DNA of 63,980 nt, filler included. It is 15 parts of 15 records of this genome, joined end to end, with 100 filler letters (N's around TTAATTAATTAA, not from the genome) between each part and the next. Parts side by side here need not be neighbours in the genome. Positions count along the whole stretch, not along the records: positions 56,315 to 60,615 come from SRR7504441_8615; positions 60,716 to 63,980 come from SRR7504441_8667; 13 more parts are not named here. One strand, given 5' to 3'. Every line of letters starts with the position of its first letter. Within the stretch, counting starts at the first letter, position 1. The notes under the pieces are model-generated. The model made no database searches and was not told where the DNA came from. It saw nothing but the letters and a program-made list of their open reading frames with translations. Below, one piece after another: positions 57,138 to 63,980 of the stretch. Made by a program: the position numbers and the translations under genes.

Positions 57138-59434
57138 CTAAGTAGTTGATAGAAAATCACGGATCTTTAGCGACTGTTGGGCCATCTTGAGGCAGAAAAC
57201 TTGCTCTTTCACCTTCTCGTTCAGGTCTGCTATCGTCTCATCCGCATCCACCTTCTCACGCTGAGCCTGTTGTACCTAACCTGCGCTCAGCCTCGCCCTA
57301 CCAATCTGGTACCTTGGTCCTCAGCTGTTGGATGTACCGAATCACCGCCTCGCTATCCGTCAAATCAACCTGGCCGTCATATCAGCTCAGGCGCCATGCG
57401 GACTGCGACCTCCTCTGCCGGGGTGTCATCTGGCTGATCTGAAAGCTGGCCATCTAGCTCCGACTCTACATCGCTCCTCTCGAGCAGCCGTTGGAGCATT
57501 TTATTCCGCTCCTGCGCTTTCTCGAGCTCGGCCTCCGCCTGGTCAGCGTCCCGGACGGCGGTCTCCCGAGACTTTTCTAGCAGTTCGATCTGGAACAAGT
57601 GCTCGGCCTCCTGCTCTGTAGACTTGCGCTTGGCCTCCTCGAGCTGCTGCTCCATCCAATCCACTTGCTGGCGCAGCTCATCTGCAAGCCGGCTGCAGCC
57701 CGGCCCAGGCCCGGGACGGCACCCAACTCGCTCTCCTGCTGCGCCCTGATGTTCCGAGCAGCGATCTCCAGTTGCTCTGGTGTGCTGCCAGCACTTAGCA
57801 GAATCTGTCACTGCAGCTCACCCGTCTGAGCCATCGAGCTGCGCAGCCAGGCTCTCGCTGCTCGCCCCGGCAGCAATCAGCGACTGGAACGACTGCAGGC
57901 GACGCTGCATAGCTGCCAGCCGGCTCAGAGGCGGCGCTGGATACGCGGTTTACCCTCGTGTTCGCCCAGCCACTGCCGGCGCTCTGTGGATAATTGTCGC
58001 TCGAGAGAAGCCCGTGCGGCCTCCTTTTGTTTAATCTCCTTTTCCTGCTCTGCCACTCTAGCCGCCAGCCTCTTGTCGCCTTCCTCCTGTCCCCCGCTCC
58101 GCCCCAACTCAGACCCGGCCCGACCACGACCCTCGTATCCGCCAGTTGTTGCCTCAGTGCCTCCACCAGCTCCTCCAGCTCCCGGATCCCAAGCTGCCTC
58201 GAGCACGCCGTCACCATCCGCCGGACCCCTCCCCCCAAACTCAGCCCGCATCGAGCCGGCCGATCCACCTTTGAGCGCTGTGCCAAACTCTAGAGTATTC
58301 TGCGTGGCGTGGTATTGCAGATCATGAGCTGAGCCTGTGAGCAGCACCATCGCCTTCGAGTTGCCGCCAAGCGCGTCCCGCAGCACCCACGTCAGCGTGC
58401 TCTCCCTGTACGGGGGCACGCTGTGCGCCTCGCCCTTCTTGGTGCCCAGCGCGGTGATCACTCGTTTGAGAGTGAGCAAGTCCCGATTCACCTTGCACAC
58501 TCAGGTCAGCGCGAGCCAGCACGGCCGGCGCACCGCCGCAGTCTCGGCCAGCACGGCCTCAGCCATCTGCGGGTCCTCCACAAGAGCCTCGCTTCCCATC
58601 AAATCTGCGAAGTAGAACGAGGACCGGGTCCATGACCGGTCAGGGTACTGTCGCTTGGTGTGCAACGCAAAGACTCCGTGCGAACTGGCCATCCGTGAGC
58701 CGCACAGGCACCGAGGTTAGCCACCGTGAAGAGACCGGGTTCATCGGCATCGGGGCGTACCGCCGTTGGTCCCGGCCGACGCCGAGTACTTGTACTGCTT
58801 CCTGCACAGTATCGACAGCAAACTCCTTGATTTTCGCGATGTGCCGGTCCTCTCTCCCGGGGATCTTAACGGACTTGCCCTCGGCGTCCAGATGGAGCAG
58901 GTCATACAGATCGTCCTTGTACACCTCGAAGAACGACACCGAGAACTGGACTGGATCGCCCAGCCCGCCGGCCATCTCGAAAAGGCTCCGCACCGTCCGC
59001 GGAATGATGCCCATGAACTCGCCTTGCAGCGCACCGTCCTGCCCACCAATCCATGCCCGCCGGCCCTGGCGGTACCCGTCCGAGCAGGCTGTACGTCTTG
59101 CCGCCGCCGGATTGGCCGTAGGCGAACAGGGCGCAGTTGAACCCGTCCAGGTGGTCCCGCAGCATCGGGAGGGTACTCGCCTCAAACGCGTCCTCCTACC
59201 CCAGACTGGCCACCAGCCGACCGAGCCGGCTGCCTGCGAGGCGCCTGGGCCGAGGATGCAGTCGAAGCAGGTGTACTGGCCGCCGCGCTTGTGGTCAGTC
59301 ACTGTGGAGCCGGTGACGGTGAACGGCAGCTTGGAGCCACTCTCGTTCTCGGCTGCGTTCAGCGGCCGGAACCGGGCGAGCACTTTGATCGAGACCGTCT
59401 GCTCCGGCTCGGTGGGCTGGTCCTTGTCCGCCAT
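57138..59434 (-). CDS. Kinesin motor protein (N-terminal motor, coiled-coil tail)
   Basis: IKVLARFRP, DGFNCALFAYGQSGGGKTYS, GIIPR, MNPVSSR, FADLMGSE, PYRESTLTWVLRDALGGNSK, NTLEFG. Confidence 0.92.
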
Positions 59435-59567
59435 CTGAAGCGGCGCGGGTGCCCACAGTGCTGGTCGGCGTGAGGCTCCCCTTGAATCTCGCAAGTAACG
59501 GAATCAGAGCGACTTGTGATGTCCTGGACGAGTGAGCGAGCTGGTGCGCAGAACGCCACGGCGCAAC

Positions 59568-60332
59568 ATGTCCGACTACGAGGGTCCCGTGATCACCTGC
59601 AGGGCGTCTGATGGCTATGAGACGACAGTTGCCCTTCATTGCCTATGCAGCGCCTCCGAACTGCTTCGGAGCATCCTTACCCCAGCGTGTGCCGAACTAT
59701 CCGACGACACGGTCCTGTGCTGCGCTTGCATAGCAGCGTTCGCTGTAATACTTGCATTGCAGGGAACCGCCGACCACGTACTGGAAACCAGCGCACCCCC
59801 GGAACAAGTGTATGCATTTGCTCTCATATGCGAAGCACTGAGCTGCCGTGATGGGGTCGAGCTCAACGATCTCCAGACACCGCATGAGTATTGCAGGGAA
59901 GGCATGGAAGCCATCGCCATGGCAATGCCGCTCATCTTCAAGTACAATTGCAGTGGCCTCTATCGGTTCTGCAAGGGCATTGTGTCAACCCAGATCCAAC
60001 TCTTCAAAGATCCCGGTTACTTGATGGGAGGCCGGAGGAATGAGACCGAGCAAAAGACTTTGTTTAATGTGATTGCAATTGACGAGCTGTATGATGAGCG
60101 CTGGCCGCACCACGTGATCACCTTTCTAGTCGCCCAGACAATTGGAACTCAAAAGGGCCAGACCTGGACTCGCGCGTTGGAAAGGCTCAAGCCGAGCACG
60201 CTTGCTGCGATGATCGCCAGGCTGAATTCGCAACCGGAGGTGTCCGGGAGGCGCTACGACCTCAAAGACGTGGAGGTTGAATTTGGGTTCCAGGATCCGA
60301 CTTGGTTTAAACCCTCGGCTGAAAAAGAATGA
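59568..60332 (+). CDS. Hypothetical protein, possibly with a BTB/POZ-like N-terminus
   Basis: Long ORF; VITCRASDGYETTVALHCLCSASELLRSIL and LIFKYNC resemble BTB-fold patterns. Confidence 0.5.
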   Translation: MSDYEGPVITCRASDGYETTVALHCLCSASELLRSILTPACAELSDDTVLCCACIAAFAVILALQGTADHVLETSAPPEQVYAFALICEALSCRDGVELNDLQTPHEYCREGMEAIAMAMPLIFKYNCSGLYRFCKGIVSTQIQLFKDPGYLMGGRRNETEQKTLFNVIAIDELYDERWPHHVITFLVAQTIGTQKGQTWTRALERLKPSTLAAMIARLNSQPEVSGRRYDLKDVEVEFGFQDPTWFKPSAEKE

Positions 60333-60715
60333 GGATGCATTCTTACAAGTTAGTACTACGTATACTCCCCGCATACCGGCGTGTAAAAAAGAATATAAAA
60401 TTCATTTGAATTCATCGAGTAGACGATTGAATCAATTCCGTGATGCTCGTGTTTAATGCTGCCTCAACCGGAATGGAATTTGGTTAAATTTGGTCAGCAG
60501 GTCAGGCCCATGGTCATTCACCGCATCATTGAAGGGATAATTGAAGGGATGTCACGGCCCGGGCCATCCAGGGCGGTGTGCTGGGCCGCGCCCCGCCGGC
60601 CGATCACACCAGGAANNNNNNNNNNNNNNNNNNNNNNNNNNNNNNNNNNNNNNNNNNNNTTAATTAATTAANNNNNNNNNNNNNNNNNNNNNNNNNNNNN
60701 NNNNNNNNNNNNNNN

Positions 60716-61510
60716 CAGCGGATCCGAGAGCTCTGGCTGCAGGGATTGGCAGGCTTGTAGCGAGGGTGCGGGCGGCGGTCGAGGACCATCTGGAGGAGTA
60801 AGCCCGCCCAATCGGCCGGTCTGAGTGGCCGGCAGCTTCGATATGCTCTCGTTATGGGACCAAACAGCACTCGAGAACGCGCTGACAGCGATCAGGCAGA
60901 AGCTCGAGGCGGGCGGCTGCAGCGAGCTGTTCATGTGTGCTTGAACGCGGCCGGGTTTGAACGGCCGGCAGTGAGCACTTCATCGGGCCTGAGCTGCCGT
61001 CGGAAGCGGCTGGGGATTTGATGGCCATTTTGAGAGACCTGATCGATTTGTGGGTCGGCTGGTGGCCGCCACTCACTGCGTGGCAGCGAGGACTTCAGCG
61101 CCGTGCTCGAGAGCAAGCTGAGTACAGCATTCGGGCTGATGCAAGCATACCTAAACGAGCGACTGTTCTCCGAGGTGCGCGCGCAGCCGGCGTGCAGCTG
61201 CCGAGCTGCCGGGCGTAGATGGCGCTGAAGAAGCAAGCCAAGGGTGCAGCTTCGAGTGGCAAATGGCCGCTGGCGAAGGCGACCCGCGCGGGCTGGCTTG
61301 AGCTAACGGTCTGAGCAGGTCTTGCCGGTGGTCAAGCGAGCGCACGAGCAGATCTTCACGCAGGACGCGATTGAAACTCTGAACAGCTCGAGCGATGTCC
61401 GCGAGTTCTTTTCGCTCATCTTTACGACGCTCAAAGCCAGCGCCATGGAGTGATTTTAGAGTGATTTGATCAGAGTAGATTGCGTCCCAGTACTTAACGG
61501 CTGCTGCCAA
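60716..61510 (-). CDS. Hypothetical multi-exon protein, 3'-partial, start uncertain
   Basis: Chain of minus-strand ORF segments (61151-61510, 60931-61236, 60852-61076). No family recognised. Confidence 0.35.
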
Positions 61511-61677
61511 CTGCCATATAGAACTACCGCGCGCCGTTATTAAACTATCAGCCGCTCGGTATCGGCGACTAATCGGCTACTAATCGGCGGCATGTAAAAC
61601 GGTCCAAACACACCTCTGAAGCAAACCCGCAGACCGTACCCCGGAGACCCCGCAGCCTCGAACAAAAAACGGACAAA

Positions 61678-63566
61678 ATGGCGGAGCCCCCGAGCAAGAA
61701 GCCCAAGGGCGAGTCACGCCTCGGGCTGGCCTCTCTGGACAAGCTCAAGCCCGGCTGCACTGGGCTGCCCTACGACCGCGCTGGGCTGTCGGCCGGGATC
61801 GTGCACTTTGGGCTTGGCGCCTTCCACCGGGCCCACCAGGCGCTCTACACGCACGAGGTGCTCGCCGACAGCCCCGAGTGGGCCATCGTGGGCGTCTCGC
61901 TCCGACGACCGGACATGCGCGACCTCATGGCCCCTCAGGACTTCCTGTTCACCCTGGTCGAGCGGGCAGCCTCCGGAGTGCCCAACCCGGCACGCGGCGC
62001 CCGAGCGGCCACGGGCAGGTTACCGCCCGAGTGATCGGCTCAGTGCTGGATGTACTGGTGGCGCCCGAGGACCCGGGTGGCACCCGCGGCTCGGCTGGCG
62101 CTGATGTGCGTGGCAGCCAAAGTGCTGGCAGTGCTGGCGGCCCCCTCCACCAAATTGGTGAGCCTGACTATCACCGAGAAAGGCTACTGCTGCAACCTGG
62201 CGAGCAAGTCGCTTATCATGGACCACCCAGACATTGAGCACGACCTGGTACCCGGCCCATCGGCCCGCCCCCAGCCCGGCGCAGGCCAACCAGACCGCCC
62301 CGCGCTCAGCGATCGGGCTGCTGGTCGCTGGTCTTGCGCTCCGGCGCAAAGCCGGGCTCAAGCCGTTCAGCGTGCTGCCATGCGACAACATGCCGGGGAA
62401 CGGCCCTCTGGTGCGCCAGCTGGTGATCAGGTGCCGCGCGATAGTGGAGGGCTTGAGCTTTGGGTCAGCTTTGCATCCGCACTCGACCCTGAGCTTGCGA
62501 GCTGGATCACAACCAATGGCAAGTTTGCCAGCTCGATGGTGGACCGGATCGTGCCCGCAGTGACCGCGGCCGACATAGCCCAGGCCGAGGAGCTGAGTGG
62601 ACTGGTGGGCTGGCGCCTGGCGCGTACGCCGACTAGTGAACAGGCGGACCCGGGAGCAGTGGCCACTGAACAGTTTAAGCAGTGGGTAATCGAAGACAAC
62701 TTCGTCGACGGCGCTCGGCCGCCGTGGGAGCAGGTCGGCGCGCTGCTGGTCAAAGACGTGGAGCCGTTTGAGAACATGAAGCTTCGGATGCTCAATGGCA
62801 CTCACTCGACATTCGCCTACTGCGGCTTCCTGGCGGGTTTTGAATTCATATACCAGGTGCGGGGCGGGCCAGGGGGGAGGCGAGCCCGGCCAGGTGATGG
62901 AGGAGCCCGCAATGGTCAAGCTCATGCACAAACTGCTCTCTGAGGAGGTCGGTGCCACTGGGAGGCGATCCAGACAGGAGCTGACAGGTGCTGCCTACCC
63001 TTGAAGTACCGGCCGGGGTGGACCTTCAGGCCTACCAGGAGGCGCTCGCGGTGCGGCCCTGGGGTGTTGGCTGGGCTAGCCGGCGGCAGGAACGGTTCCG
63101 GAATCCGCACATCAAACACAAGACCTACCAAATCGCAATGGACGGCTCCCAGAAACTGCCGCAGCGCATCCTGTCAGTAGTGCAGGCAGCCAAAGGACCC
63201 ACCGACACGCTCGCGCTCGCCACAGCCGGTAAGATGCTGCCGACGTGGCCTTAGCCAGCGGCAGGCTGGATGCGGTATGTAAGGGCCAAGGATGAGGCTG
63301 GCGGCTCCTACCAGGCAATTTGGCAGTCCGCTGTGGCATGCGGGCCGATTGGGCTCGGTCAGGTTCAAGACCCGATGAGCGAGCTGGTGGTGGCTAAAGC
63401 CAACCAGAGCGAAGATCCAGCCGCAGTGGCCGAGGCGTTGTTTGGGATCGAGGAGATCTTTGGTGGAACAGCGGCCAATGTAGGGTTTAGGAACAAGGTG
63501 ACTGAGCACTTGAAGAGCATTTTTGAGAAAGGCATGCTGGCAACTATCAAAGCACACGTGCAATAA
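61678..63566 (+). CDS. Mannitol dehydrogenase-family oxidoreductase (mannitol 2-DH / D-mannonate oxidoreductase-like), ~10 introns
   Basis: GIVHFGLGAFHRAHQA, VSLTITEKGY, CDNMPGNG, SMVDRIVP, EQFKQWVIED, MKLRMLNGTHS, RFRNPHIKH, IAMDGSQKLPQR. Confidence 0.95.
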
Positions 63567-63698
63567 TTCAAACTTGGCTTGCATGTGATCATCTCGCCTT
63601 TATTGACCGAGTCGTTTTAACCCTGTAGCGGCGGTAGAGTGGGGTTATTCATAAAGACTCTATCTCATTAAGCATGATCCCATGCCTGATCCGAACCG

Positions 63699-63980
63699 TC
63701 AAACCTGAGCGTTCGCCTTCGCAGCCTCCGCAGCCTCCGCAGACTCAGGCAGCATCGGCAAGAAGTAGGCGACGAATTTATCCTTGGGCACACGCCCGTT
63801 CTCGTCGCCCATTTTGGCCATCTCCTCCTTGGCGTAGTCGGCTGCCTCCTCGGAGTCGAGCCCGAAGCTCTCGTAGAATTTGATCATTTCGGCTGTGGTG
63901 ACCGTGTCGTCGCCGTCCACGTCCATCTGCTTCCATTCCTGCTCGCACAGGTCCATCTGGTATTGTGTGGCCTCGAGGCC
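63699..63980 (-). CDS. Small EF-hand protein, 5'-partial
   Basis: DVDGDDTVTTAE and DENGRVPKDKF loops. Confidence 0.7.
   Translation of the reverse strand, partial: GLEATQYQMDLCEQEWKQMDVDGDDTVTTAEMIKFYESFGLDSEEAADYAKEEMAKMGDENGRVPKDKFVAYFLPMLPESAEAAEAAKANAQV

Noticed and set aside
6426-60715. Regularly recurring TTAATTAATTAA flanked by N runs, superficially an array
   Set aside because: Identical 44N-12-44N artificial joins. ORFs running into X stretches and gene neighbourhoods across spacers are artefacts.
1-63980. Alternative genetic code, frameshifting or widespread pseudogenisation as the cause of fragmented ORFs
   Set aside because: Stops and frame changes are resolved by short GT/GC-AG introns. 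The only in-frame stop with recoding support is the SelW TGA.
1-63980. Introner-like family of repeated introns
   Set aside because: The introns read by eye are unrelated in sequence. Occasional GTGCC..GGCAG end complementarity follows from splice-site bias and high GC. An all-vs-all alignment would be needed to exclude it fully.

Overview
This window is not one locus. It is 15 short contigs (about 3-6 kb) joined by 14 artificial 100-nt spacers (44 N + TTAATTAATTAA + 44 N), so adjacency across spacers means nothing. The DNA comes from a gene-dense unicellular eukaryote whose lineage I cannot name from sequence alone. Most genes are split by many tiny spliceosomal introns (about 36-48 nt) with almost no donor consensus and frequent GC donors, which is why the ORF track is fragmented. 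Genes rebuilt by manual splicing: a ~39-intron type IIA topoisomerase that looks organellar, a SelW/MIEN1-family selenoprotein (in-frame UGA, SECIS, CaaX), an N-acylated DysF + Qbc-SNARE protein, several EF-hand proteins, a BRAT1-like protein, an adenylate kinase-hotdog thioesterase fusion, an LCAT-like acyltransferase, a TAP-like hydrolase, a GH3 glycosidase, thiolase, a G-patch zinc-finger protein, a signal-peptide-bearing OGT/SPY (GT41) protein, a TMC-like fragment, a degenerate inositol 5-phosphatase, a PPN1/ASM-like phosphoesterase, an S9D peptidase, an FHA-RING protein, a sulfatase, HAUS1, a Frizzled-type GPCR, scramblase, a PHO80-like cyclin, kinesin and a mannitol dehydrogenase-family enzyme. 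No rRNA, intact tRNA, CRISPR array or transposase was seen. All gene models and family calls come from manual reading and motif recognition, with no database searches.
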